A DNA stretch of 64,000 nt from a virus. The notes under the pieces are model-generated. The model worked only from the letters and a program-made list of their open reading frames with translations. It was not told the DNA's origin and did not search any database. The stretch is taken from positions 40,254-104,253 of the IMG/VR virus record IMGVR_UViG_3300007102_000044; one strand, given 5' to 3'. Both the position numbers and the translations under genes were made by a program. Below are positions 28,343-37,718 of the stretch, piece by piece; the stretch's first letter is position 1; each line of letters opens with the position of its first letter.

Positions 28343-28552
28343 TTACCTTTTTAGTTTTTTCTTTTCTTTATCTTTATTTTGATACTTCATACCAACATCC
28401 TGTTTTATACATAGATTATCACACACTGGACAATCCATATCATTTGCTTTCAAACAGTCATAACAGACTATATGAGAACAAATAGGTGTATAATTCTGAT
28501 GTGTTACATTTCCACACATATCACAAACAGCTGAAAATATTGTTGGTATCAT
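28343..28552 (-). CDS. C3HC4 RING-finger protein (69 aa)
   Basis: C-x2-C-x11-C-x-H-x2-C-x2-C-x7-C-x2-C; GAGG SD before MIPTIF. Confidence 0.7.
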   Translation of the reverse strand: MIPTIFSAVCDMCGNVTHQNYTPICSHIVCYDCLKANDMDCPVCDNLCIKQDVGMKYQNKDKEKKKLKR

Positions 28553-28556
28553 TTTT

Positions 28557-29297
28557 CTAATCCTCGTAATATTGATTGATAACATTATTCCATGTGTAGT
28601 ATGTCCAATCTTCTTTTGGAAAATGTCTACCATCTTTACTTGTCATTACAATACCATATCTAAATCTATATGGTAGGTTATGCCAAGTTCTATCACATCT
28701 ACCTTCATTGAATGCTGTTTCAATCATTTCTATCATATCAGCTTTACCTTGTTTGTAAAGCTCTTTGTGACTATATACTGTCCTTGCATACATTGACACA
28801 GAATTTTTAATACAATCTCTATGTATCCATAACATATAATTACCTAAATCTTCTTTAGGTACATTGAATATTCTGGAATCAAACATTGCAAGTTTTGTTG
28901 TGCTTGTTCGGTCTTTAATGACTTGATTAAATATTGCCGTAGCCATACTAGCTGTAACACTTGCAAGTTTCTGTATCTTATTTCCAAACATTTGTTCAGA
29001 GTGTTCATTCTTATCATCCAGTAGAATGAGACTTATTTCATCACTTTGTGTATACCCAATACAACAGTTTTGAACATTTTTTACAAGATATTCAGTTGTT
29101 TTATCCATTGCATATGTGATATCTTCATCGAATGGATATTCAAATCCTTTTGTATATGTATGAAAAGCTTTACCATCAATTCTTATTACAACTGGTGTTT
29201 TCTTTTCAACACAATCTGAAGTATATACATGTTCGTATTGTTTCATTCTTTGCCCAATTGGGTCTTTGTCATAACTTTTACTCATATAATTGACCAT
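28557..29297 (-). CDS. thg1: tRNA(His) guanylyltransferase Thg1-like 3'-5' polymerase
   Basis: IRIDGKAFHTYT, YTQSDEISL, K..SV.ASMAT..F, FDSR. Confidence 0.9.
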   Translation of the reverse strand: MVNYMSKSYDKDPIGQRMKQYEHVYTSDCVEKKTPVVIRIDGKAFHTYTKGFEYPFDEDITYAMDKTTEYLVKNVQNCCIGYTQSDEISLILLDDKNEHSEQMFGNKIQKLASVTASMATAIFNQVIKDRTSTTKLAMFDSRIFNVPKEDLGNYMLWIHRDCIKNSVSMYARTVYSHKELYKQGKADMIEMIETAFNEGRCDRTWHNLPYRFRYGIVMTSKDGRHFPKEDWTYYTWNNVINQYYED

Positions 29298-29638
29298 CCA
29301 TTTCTAATTATTGTATATTTTTTACCAAGAAATTTTGCTGTGTTAATGCAATACTCAGTACCTTCAGATTGACCATCCCAGATAAAAACCATTTCATCAC
29401 ATGTATCAATCATTGCAAGGTTTTCATGAACCCAAGAATCAAAATATCTTTGTGACATACAAATCATATCTCTTTTATGAGTTCCATACCAATCAGACAT
29501 AATTTCACCATTTCCAGTTCTACGTGATAGTATTGGTGTATAGTTTGCACATATTGATTTAATTGTTTTATCAATAAAATCCATATCATAAGCAGAGAGA
29601 CTATAATTTCTTGAACATATAATGCCTATCTTTTTCAT
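29282..29638 (-). CDS. SLOG/DUF2493-like protein
   Basis: IGIICSRNY, FIWDGQSEGT. Confidence 0.6.
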   Translation of the reverse strand: MKKIGIICSRNYSLSAYDMDFIDKTIKSICANYTPILSRRTGNGEIMSDWYGTHKRDMICMSQRYFDSWVHENLAMIDTCDEMVFIWDGQSEGTEYCINTAKFLGKKYTIIRNGWSII

Positions 29639-29642
29639 ATTT

Positions 29643-29795
29643 CTACCTCACGAATGATTTTTCGAATGCGAATGAGTCAATCTCAAACTCTGGAAACCCA
29701 AGTGCTTTTTGCATTGCTTTCTTTTGCCTTTTTGCAATATCTCTAGGTTTAATCTTTCCTCTTTTCTGGTCTCTTCCTTTGTAATTCACTTTCAT
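29643..29795 (-). CDS. small basic protein (50 aa, below cutoff)
   Basis: GAGG SD, MKVNYKGRDQKRG... Confidence 0.55.
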   Translation of the reverse strand: MKVNYKGRDQKRGKIKPRDIAKRQKKAMQKALGFPEFEIDSFAFEKSFVR

Positions 29796-29822
29796 AATTT
29801 CTTTACCTCTTTTAATTTATTT

Positions 29823-30140
29823 TTATTTACAACGAACATTACCTTTATAAATTTCTTTACGAACAATCTCTACTATATTCATATCAACGGTTTCAGGGAC
29901 ATTATAATATGAAAAAGGTTTCCCAAAATTCCATAGTGAATAAAAAATCCCATGTTGAATACTTTTAATATACCCAATCCTAAATTCAGGATTTTCAAAA
30001 ACATTAATAAAAGCATCATAATCTTTTGGTGTTATTTTGTCAAATGTTTTCTTGTTCATTTCCATGCTTATCATTGTTGGAATGGCGAATGCGAAAAATG
30101 TTATTATTGAAAATGCAAAAAGCCATTGGTTATTATCCAT
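29823..30140 (-). CDS. membrane protein; true start probably ATG 30169 across a frameshift
   Basis: Hydrophobic N-terminus; see homopolymer finding. Confidence 0.6.
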   Translation of the reverse strand: MDNNQWLFAFSIITFFAFAIPTMISMEMNKKTFDKITPKDYDAFINVFENPEFRIGYIKSIQHGIFYSLWNFGKPFSYYNVPETVDMNIVEIVRKEIYKGNVRCK

Positions 30141-30187
30141 CCACCGACACAGATTATGAGTTCTGACATGTGGGTTCTCCTTTTAAT

Positions 30188-30607
30188 TTATTTCTCATCG
30201 TCTTTACATTTATTAAAATGCTTTGGAATAATGAGCTTTATTTGCCATTTGCTAGTATCATCCGTAATCATCGAGTTATCTGGGTGCGGATCGTGGAACG
30301 GATAACCTTCGTAACCGACTATTTCATGGAATAGTCCTTCAAAGCGTGGAGAAATTCCAAGCAAGAGATGGTATGTACCTTTTAAGCAGTCTTCTACCCA
30401 TTCGCCCCATTCGAGGTTTACTGTTGTGTATCCTTTACTTTGTAGCCAGCTCATAAACTCCCCTGACCAGTCCGTGTTTTCTTTACTGCAAAAATGCGGA
30501 ACCTCTTCAGGTGGTATATTCATCAGACAGGCTACCGCTGTACGGAAACAATCGCCGTTCTCATCACTCTTACCGTGTGGAATTAGTTGTTTGTATTTTG
30601 TAATCAC
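30188..30607 (-). CDS. phage hypothetical protein in higher-GC block
   Basis: GDCFRTAVACLM...VPHF, H.IVG..G..FHDPHP. Confidence 0.7.
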   Translation of the reverse strand: MITKYKQLIPHGKSDENGDCFRTAVACLMNIPPEEVPHFCSKENTDWSGEFMSWLQSKGYTTVNLEWGEWVEDCLKGTYHLLLGISPRFEGLFHEIVGYEGYPFHDPHPDNSMITDDTSKWQIKLIIPKHFNKCKDDEK

Positions 30608-31008
30608 GCTTCCCCCCTTGCTTTAGCGAGTGCTTGTTTGATAATTTTCTGAACGTCATTAGTATCAACACCACTCAGCATAGAAAGAACTTGAATACAC
30701 TCGTCAGCTGTAGTCAACGCCTCCACAAGCTCTGCGTTGCGTTGTTTTAAGCTAAAATTTTCAGCATATAATTCTCTAAAGGCAACCAATGCTCCAGACT
30801 TCTGATTTTGTTGAGGCTCAAATAAGAGACCTTTTGCCGATAAGCCGCAAGCAGAGATTTGTTTATCGAGTTCCTCATTATCCTCTTTCAGCCTGTCGAT
30901 TTCAGCTTGCATATTCATTATCATTTTAACCCATTGAGTGGAGTTATTAGGTAATAGTCCTTTCTGCTCCATGAACTGTCTTACTTCTGACGGTTTTAAC
31001 TCACTCAT
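30604..31008 (-). CDS. coiled-coil phage protein in higher-GC block
   Basis: LKQRNAELVEAL...ALAKARGE. Confidence 0.65.
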   Translation of the reverse strand: MSELKPSEVRQFMEQKGLLPNNSTQWVKMIMNMQAEIDRLKEDNEELDKQISACGLSAKGLLFEPQQNQKSGALVAFRELYAENFSLKQRNAELVEALTTADECIQVLSMLSGVDTNDVQKIIKQALAKARGEA

Positions 31009-31168
31009 TTCTACACCTATTTACTTTAATTGCTTCGATGACATCTGACAAAAGAATACATATACATATAGTACAACCGATAATCACAAAACCTATTTTA
31101 TTTTGGTTTGCGCAGTATCCTGCCAAAAGTAAATTTATAGATATTATAATTAATGTAGTTATATTCAT
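31001..31168 (-). CDS. small two-TM protein (55 aa, below cutoff)
   Basis: ATGA-coupled to upstream gene; two hydrophobic segments. Confidence 0.55.
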   Translation of the reverse strand: MNITTLIIISINLLLAGYCANQNKIGFVIIGCTICICILLSDVIEAIKVNRCRNE

Positions 31169-32241
31169 TTCCACACCCCACTCAGAGCCGTCTTCACCTT
31201 ATCTTTGCCATACTTTTCAATAAGCTCGTCAAGTGCTTGCTGTGCATCTTTGTGATTCTTAAAGCCTGCACAAGAATGCATTACCACCCATAAGCATGAG
31301 TGCGTTATATTAAAAGCATCATTATTACCTAAAGAGATTGAACAATGTCTATATCCTCTCCAATCCTTACCCCTCAACACCTCACCATTAGCTTCATCAG
31401 CTTTCCTTTGTAGTTCGCACATTATAAGCTCGCTGTCTGCGAACCTCTGAGCTTCTTCACAAGTGCGTTTGATGCGACCACGAAGGTAAGAAGCTTCATG
31501 GTGGCGTAACGTATAAGATATTCGTACTATTTTACCAGTATCATCAATCCTAAAACACTCTTCGCCCCCTATCGGCTTCCATACCACTGACTCAGGTGCG
31601 TCTATGATAACCTTAAGCTTTTCAGCTTCTGCTCTTAATTCGTCGGATTTTGCCATCATGTTATCATACTGTTCTTTTGCTTGTTGCTTATTCATTGTTA
31701 GTCTCCTCTGTTTTTTATCCAGTGGGAATATGCCTTGCCATCCACATCCCATAGAAACATCAAGAATCTCTATCGCTTTAAGTGGATTGTCGTTGCTGTA
31801 GTTTCTTAACTGGGTTGTGAACTTCTTAGCTCCTACTGGTTTGTATCTATCGTGATAAACAGCCCACTCTTTCAAAGTGCGTACAAACTTAGGTTCATCC
31901 ATAAAATGGTCGGGCATAGCTTTTACAAGCACCTCATACTTACTGGGTTGTTTGGGTGTTTTTGTTTCTTCAAACACTGGAATAAGCTGGTCAAAATATA
32001 CATTTGAAAGCTCTTTTCTAATTGTATAATTCATACCTCTTATATAACCGAATTCAATGTCATATAAATCCAGTGAATTGAGTGTTATTTTTACAAAGTT
32101 GATTTTCTCTGGTGATTTTGCTTTAAATTTGAATTGGAGAGATTCCCCATTTTTACCAGATTTAAAAACATCTTTAAGCCCTATCATAATGTTTACTCTT
32201 GACCTACCGCCAAGCTGATTAAGAATTGTTTCTGCTATCAT
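31165..32241 (-). CDS. chimeric ORF of three modules
   Basis: IAETILNQLGG module (AT-rich) joined to replication-initiator-like GWQGIFP module and a third gene with internal GAGGAG SD/ATG at 31695. Confidence 0.55.
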   Translation of the reverse strand: MIAETILNQLGGRSRVNIMIGLKDVFKSGKNGESLQFKFKAKSPEKINFVKITLNSLDLYDIEFGYIRGMNYTIRKELSNVYFDQLIPVFEETKTPKQPSKYEVLVKAMPDHFMDEPKFVRTLKEWAVYHDRYKPVGAKKFTTQLRNYSNDNPLKAIEILDVSMGCGWQGIFPLDKKQRRLTMNKQQAKEQYDNMMAKSDELRAEAEKLKVIIDAPESVVWKPIGGEECFRIDDTGKIVRISYTLRHHEASYLRGRIKRTCEEAQRFADSELIMCELQRKADEANGEVLRGKDWRGYRHCSISLGNNDAFNITHSCLWVVMHSCAGFKNHKDAQQALDELIEKYGKDKVKTALSGVWK

Positions 32242-32268
32242 AATATAACCTCTTTCAATTTATAATTC

Positions 32269-32297
32269 AATATATCACTGTCATTCACTAAAGTCAA
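32269..32297 (-). promoter_or_regulatory. sigma70-type promoter
   Basis: TTGACT-17-TATATT. Confidence 0.65.
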
Positions 32298-32850
32298 CCA
32301 TTTTTCCAGTATAATTTATTTTTGCATTGCATAATCGACATGTCATGGTGTCGTGTTTTTGATTCCAGATATGGTTGCTTTCTTTTACATTCCATTCACG
32401 ACCTTCACAATCGCATGTGTATATAAAATGTCTTTTATTACCCTTTCTTTGTGATGCAAGTATACTATACCAAAGATTAGGAGTTTCCTTGTATTTTGCT
32501 GATTTGTGTTGTTCATAACCGAGTGAGACCATTACCTTTCTAAAAAGAGGGTTATGACCTATTTTAGTTTTGAAAACTCTACCTTGAAGAAAATGAACAT
32601 ATTCATGAACAATTACCCCTATAAAGTTTTCAAAATCAGCTTCAAGTATTTTATAATTTAAAAACACTGTGTTTTTACTAAGACTATATCTACCAAACAA
32701 ACTACATGAAACAATATTATCAATGATAACATCATCTAGTATAGACTCATCAAAATCTTTTGTTATAACCTCTTTGCATTTTGGAAATATGATTTCTTTT
32801 AGAAACTTTTCAATCTGGGTATTAAAAGTTGATTCATATTTAAATTTCAT
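32281..32850 (-). CDS. SprT-like zinc metalloprotease
   Basis: VHEYVH...GH...F; YTCDC, CRLC. Confidence 0.85.
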   Translation of the reverse strand: MKFKYESTFNTQIEKFLKEIIFPKCKEVITKDFDESILDDVIIDNIVSCSLFGRYSLSKNTVFLNYKILEADFENFIGVIVHEYVHFLQGRVFKTKIGHNPLFRKVMVSLGYEQHKSAKYKETPNLWYSILASQRKGNKRHFIYTCDCEGREWNVKESNHIWNQKHDTMTCRLCNAKINYTGKMVDFSE

Positions 32851-32875
32851 AATATAACCTCTCTTTGATATAAAA

Positions 32876-32904
32876 ACTATAACTTAATTTAAATCACTTG
32901 TCAA
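32876..32904 (-). promoter_or_regulatory. sigma70-type promoter
   Basis: TTGACA-17-TATAGT. Confidence 0.8.
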
Positions 32905-33472
32905 CAGTTTTATTTAAATAATTCAATCTTGAATTACATGCAGTACATTTTAATTTTCTATAAGGATTTGATTCCATGTTTTTATGTTTAACTTTGCCTA
33001 TATAGTGTTCCTGACAGCCACATTTATAAACGTGATAAGTTTTCTTTGATTGTTTTCTATATCCTTTAACATGATTGATGATTTCATTTGAAACTTGTTG
33101 TGTTGCCTTTGCATCAGCATAACCGAATACCCTCATAAAAACTTTAAAATTGTCTCTATGTGACATACAACCCTGAAACACTCTACCCTGAAGAAAATGT
33201 GTGTATTCGTGTGCAATTGTTTCTTTATAATCATCAAAGAATTTTTCTATAAGGTCTGGGTTAAGTAGTATTGTGAATTTACCGTTTGAATCTTTACATC
33301 TTCCAAGAACTCTTGTGCTTTTAAGTTCATCAAGCTCATAATCAAATAAATCATCTTTAACGATATGACCAAGCTTGACACTTCTGAAATCCTGTATAGC
33401 ATTCCAAAATGTTTCACTGAGTTCAGCTAAATATATCGCTAATTTCATTTGAGCTTCTTTAGAAAGTTTCAT
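32894..33472 (-). CDS. SprT-like zinc metalloprotease (paralog)
   Basis: LGRC, AHEYTH...SH...F; YKCGC, CTAC. Confidence 0.85.
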   Translation of the reverse strand: MKLSKEAQMKLAIYLAELSETFWNAIQDFRSVKLGHIVKDDLFDYELDELKSTRVLGRCKDSNGKFTILLNPDLIEKFFDDYKETIAHEYTHFLQGRVFQGCMSHRDNFKVFMRVFGYADAKATQQVSNEIINHVKGYRKQSKKTYHVYKCGCQEHYIGKVKHKNMESNPYRKLKCTACNSRLNYLNKTVDK

Positions 33473-33505
33473 AATATAACCTCTTTCAATTTATCTTACA
33501 TAGAT

Positions 33506-33534
33506 ACATTACTATACAATCTAAATCGTGTCAA
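33506..33534 (-). promoter_or_regulatory. sigma70-type promoter
   Basis: TTGACA-17-TAATGT. Confidence 0.75.
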
Positions 33535-33554
33535 TAACAAATTTCAAAAAGTTT

Positions 33555-33599
33555 TATACGCTACACCGCATATATTTAAATTATACGATATAGCGTATA
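33555..33599 (-). terminator. stem-loop after polymerase operon
   Basis: TATACGCTA...TAGCGTATA. Confidence 0.4.
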
Positions 33600-33603
33600 G
33601 TAA

Positions 33604-33801
33604 TTAACCAAATATTTTATCTTGACATTCCTGACACATTCCAGAAATTGAATATTCCTTAAGACTAAGCTTGTCTTTGAAATCTGTTTGAGTGTTTACC
33701 TTCTTATTACATGTTCTACATTCATCATCATTTCCAGACCATCCTAGAATCTTTGCAAATTGTTTTTGGAAATCATCCATTTCAGGTGTTTTGTTACTCA
33801 T
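33604..33801 (-). CDS. small Zn-binding phage protein
   Basis: CRTC...FKD.LS.KEY.ISGMCQECQD. Confidence 0.7.
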   Translation of the reverse strand: MSNKTPEMDDFQKQFAKILGWSGNDDECRTCNKKVNTQTDFKDKLSLKEYSISGMCQECQDKIFG

Positions 33802-33812
33802 CTTTATACCTC

Positions 33813-34190
33813 CTATAGCTCATCAATCTGACTTTTAAGACTATCTATCTCATCTTCTTTATCAGATATAATATATTTTAATCGCTCTATTTCTTCATCC
33901 AAATCTGTTATTTGCTTTTCAGCAGAATTTCGTATATCTTCATTAGTCTTTCTAGTACCCTCAAAATATGATTCAACATCACCGTATATACATTCAGCTG
34001 TTGATATAACATAATCTCTATATTCAGCTTGTTCATCCTCGTTTGAATCTAAATCCGCATATGAAACCTTTCCTTGATACACATCAAATATAATATCTCT
34101 GATATAGTTTTCAACTATTTCTTGAAACCCTTTTATATTTGAATCAATAATTGGACAAGTATATCCAAAATTAAAATAGCTCATCGTCAA
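33813..34190 (-). CDS. hypothetical protein
   Basis: 125 aa, C-terminal coiled coil. Confidence 0.65.
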   Translation of the reverse strand: MTMSYFNFGYTCPIIDSNIKGFQEIVENYIRDIIFDVYQGKVSYADLDSNEDEQAEYRDYVISTAECIYGDVESYFEGTRKTNEDIRNSAEKQITDLDEEIERLKYIISDKEDEIDSLKSQIDEL

Positions 34191-34196
34191 CCCTCC

Positions 34197-36701
34197 TTAA
34201 ATAATATCATCAATGTCATACATTGGATTATCTTCAATCTTCATTCCTAGTTTACCGCATATTGATTTCACAACATGCATAAACGATTTATCAAATACTT
34301 CATCATAATCTACATACTTTTCAAGCTCTTTGCAAGGAAATTTCTTGATAAATGCAATCTTTTCTTCAAATGTTGGATTTGGTTTCTTCAAGAATACCAA
34401 TTTTATACTATCTTCATCTTGTATAAGGTTTAGATTAGTATAACCATTTTTAGTGATATAATTATTATACACTATGCTTGCTTTTACATGGTGTGGTGTT
34501 CCTGATGCCCATCCATCACCAGTTTGATATTTGCGTATGTTTTTAACTGTGATTGGTTGTGCGATATCTTCAATAGACATCTTCATATAATCTTCTTTAA
34601 CTTTTGCAACATACTCTTGTATATCATTTTCTGTCTTACCTTCAAGTAATAATTCAAGTATCTTTTCAAGATATGGTTTGACCTTCTTAGGAGTATCCTT
34701 TCGTTTGATTTCAACTCCTGTATTGGATATTTCTGGTGTTGGAAACCTTACACCCTCTTCATCATGTACCATAGTGCTATAACGCTTTTTACCAAGCCAT
34801 ATGCCAGCAGAACCAATCTTTTCACGTTTCATAACCATTTTGTTGTCATTACAGTTTAGATACTCTTTCAAATCATTATAACCAGCTTCCAAAACGGGTT
34901 CAACCCTTTCTTGTGCAAATTTATCAAGAAAATCAACTATTTCAGAATCTTTAATATTTGGTTTCTTTGATTTAATCTTTTCTACTATTGGCTCAACATT
35001 TAAATATATAGAATCTGTGTCAACATAAATAAGTGGGTCATAACCATACTTATCTTGAAAAAATTCAGTTGTTGATTTCATTGCACATTTAATTGCTAAT
35101 TGTGCTGAAAGTGTAATTCCTGTTGCTTGTCTAAGGTCATAATATCTGAAATAGTTATTACCTGTACAACCATAGAAACTGTTAATCATAATCTTAAGTG
35201 CAAGTTCTTTATTTGCTTTAGCCTTTCTCTCAGGTTCTAAATGTTTTTCACCATCTTTTACCCTCTGTTTAAGTGCAAGAGATTCTTTTTTAATGGCTTT
35301 TCTAAGTGCATACACTTCTTCCATTATCATAGGAAGTATACCTTTTTTATCTTTTCTAAAGTATTGACCATTACCAGCTAATATTTCATCTTTAACATCT
35401 ATTTCTTTATTTAAAAATCTTTCATCAATAGCATCCATTCTAACATTTTCAATCATAGCATCAATTAATGTTTCAGGACTAATATTCCATTGCATAATAC
35501 AATGAGGGTATAGACTATTGAGGTCAAATGATAAAAACCATTTATATAAACCTTGTTTTGGTTCATGCACATACGCACCCGCATATCTATGTTTATCATG
35601 TTCTGATTTTGGTGGTATAACCTTTTTATCAGTTTTCAGTCTATTATATATAAAAGCATCCCAAAGATTAATACTACCCATAGCATCATCAATAGAACAT
35701 TTAGCCATAAAAGACAGGCTATAATGAAGTTCTAACAACCCTTCAATGTCATCAATGTTATCCATTCTTTCAACGTCTATAATGTTATAATTGATAGCTG
35801 TTTCATAATCATTGATAAACAAATCCCAAAGGTTATCTTCCTCATATTCAAATTTACCTTCACCTATAACAGCCGTTGCAACTGTGTCAAGTCTTCTATT
35901 TTCTGTTTTTGTTCTGGAATATTTTGAAAAGATTTCCATAAGGTCAAGAAGTGTAATTCCTTTAATATATGGTTTAGCAATATCATTTTCTTTATCATCA
36001 ACACTCCAATGACATCTAACCTCTCTAAGTGGTGAAAGTAATGATGTATTATCTTTGCCAATGATTTTATTACATCTTTCAATGATATAAGGATAGTCGA
36101 ATTGTATACCATTCCATGCAACTAAACAATCTGGTTTTTCAACTTCCATGAAATGAACAAATTTGAGTAACAGGTCATATTCATCATCACAGTGATAATA
36201 TACGATTTCATCTTTAACTTCATCAAATTTACCTGAATATACCGCATCTCCAAACACATGAAACTTTTTAGCAAATTTATCTTTGACAACAATTGACCTA
36301 ATTGGTACAGGTGAATATATAGGTTGTGGAAACCCCTGATTTGATGGAGTCTCAATATCTATAAAGAAAACTTTCATTAGAGAATAATCAAAGTCTATCT
36401 CTTTCTTATAATAATGTGAAATTGCTTGTGTTTCAATCTTGATATCACCATATATAGGAAACATGTTTTTATTCTTAAACATATATTTTCTATACTCAGA
36501 TATAGATTCAAAATTTATTGGCTGGACTGACTCATCATGGATGGTTTTCCAATCATATTGCTCTGACGGGTCATGTATCCAACAAGTTGGGTTAAATTCA
36601 TGATGTTTTCTAAATCTTCTTCCATTTATAAATCCTGTGTGGTACACCTTCCCATCATGCACACAGATATTTGTATAAAACTTAGTCAATGATTCCTCCA
36701 T
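34197..36701 (-). CDS. gp43: family B DNA polymerase
   Basis: FIDIET, WNGIQFD, YNIID, FDLNSLYP, KIMINSFYG, YVDTDS. Confidence 0.97.
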   Translation of the reverse strand: MEESLTKFYTNICVHDGKVYHTGFINGRRFRKHHEFNPTCWIHDPSEQYDWKTIHDESVQPINFESISEYRKYMFKNKNMFPIYGDIKIETQAISHYYKKEIDFDYSLMKVFFIDIETPSNQGFPQPIYSPVPIRSIVVKDKFAKKFHVFGDAVYSGKFDEVKDEIVYYHCDDEYDLLLKFVHFMEVEKPDCLVAWNGIQFDYPYIIERCNKIIGKDNTSLLSPLREVRCHWSVDDKENDIAKPYIKGITLLDLMEIFSKYSRTKTENRRLDTVATAVIGEGKFEYEEDNLWDLFINDYETAINYNIIDVERMDNIDDIEGLLELHYSLSFMAKCSIDDAMGSINLWDAFIYNRLKTDKKVIPPKSEHDKHRYAGAYVHEPKQGLYKWFLSFDLNSLYPHCIMQWNISPETLIDAMIENVRMDAIDERFLNKEIDVKDEILAGNGQYFRKDKKGILPMIMEEVYALRKAIKKESLALKQRVKDGEKHLEPERKAKANKELALKIMINSFYGCTGNNYFRYYDLRQATGITLSAQLAIKCAMKSTTEFFQDKYGYDPLIYVDTDSIYLNVEPIVEKIKSKKPNIKDSEIVDFLDKFAQERVEPVLEAGYNDLKEYLNCNDNKMVMKREKIGSAGIWLGKKRYSTMVHDEEGVRFPTPEISNTGVEIKRKDTPKKVKPYLEKILELLLEGKTENDIQEYVAKVKEDYMKMSIEDIAQPITVKNIRKYQTGDGWASGTPHHVKASIVYNNYITKNGYTNLNLIQDEDSIKLVFLKKPNPTFEEKIAFIKKFPCKELEKYVDYDEVFDKSFMHVVKSICGKLGMKIEDNPMYDIDDII

Positions 36702-37684
36702 AACTTAAACTTTAATAAACCTTTTTGACCTTGAACTGTATTAGTATGTATCATATTTGAAATGTCTTCTAATGTCAATCCTTCTGTATGAGCTTTATTT
36801 AAGTCTTTATATTTGAATGTCTTTGGATATAGACACACTTTAAAACCCTTCTTCAATGCTCTTTCCATGAACTTCATTGTGTCTGGGTTGTGTTTTTCAT
36901 TATCAAACAGTAAGATAAAATTTTCCAATTCTGAATATTCAGATAGAAAATCTAGGTTAGCCATCCCCCCAAGTACAGCTAACCCATTTTCTACCATAAG
37001 CGAATCAAAAATACCCTCTGTAACATATATAGGTTTTGTTCGGTCTAATCTTTCCAAACCATAAACCTTTTTATGTTCTTTGAGTTTTATATTTATATAT
37101 TTTTTATTATCACTACTTCTATCTACCCTAGCACCACAATAACCATATATACTTTTATTCTGTGTATACAGTGGCATTACAATTCTTTCAGGTGAAGGGT
37201 CATTTATTATACCATCATCAGACTCCTTAAATTGCGATTTAACGAACTTTTCAAAGTCTGAAGTGTAGTACATATAATCATAGTATTTCTCAGGTATAAG
37301 CCTGAATTTAAGGTATTTAACAGCCTTATGAAATGGTGGTAAGTCTGATACCTTTACCAAATCATTATGTATATTTGTTTCCTTTGGTTTCTGTTCTTCA
37401 AATACGACCTTCTTATCAGACTTATCAAGTTTCTGTTTAAAACACTCCATCTTATAACTATCAAACATTTCTGGGTAATGGTCTCTGAGAAAGTTGTAAA
37501 ATGTGTCATTATACCCACAATTGAAACAACCTATACTAATCAGAGTATTATTATTAAAAGCCCATCCACGTTTTTTATACTTAGATTTATGTGAATCACC
37601 ACATACAGGACATCTAAAATGTGCAAAATATTTGCCGTTGTTTGTCTCTATATATTGGTCTAATGACAGCAATCTAAGATACAT
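36686..37684 (-). CDS. gp61: DNA primase
   Basis: CPVCGDS, CFNC, VTEGIFDS, FDNE, KDLN. Confidence 0.92.
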   Translation of the reverse strand: MYLRLLSLDQYIETNNGKYFAHFRCPVCGDSHKSKYKKRGWAFNNNTLISIGCFNCGYNDTFYNFLRDHYPEMFDSYKMECFKQKLDKSDKKVVFEEQKPKETNIHNDLVKVSDLPPFHKAVKYLKFRLIPEKYYDYMYYTSDFEKFVKSQFKESDDGIINDPSPERIVMPLYTQNKSIYGYCGARVDRSSDNKKYINIKLKEHKKVYGLERLDRTKPIYVTEGIFDSLMVENGLAVLGGMANLDFLSEYSELENFILLFDNEKHNPDTMKFMERALKKGFKVCLYPKTFKYKDLNKAHTEGLTLEDISNMIHTNTVQGQKGLLKFKLWRNH

Positions 37685-37718
37685 TATGTCAACTATAAGA
37701 ATTGTTATACCTCTTTAA

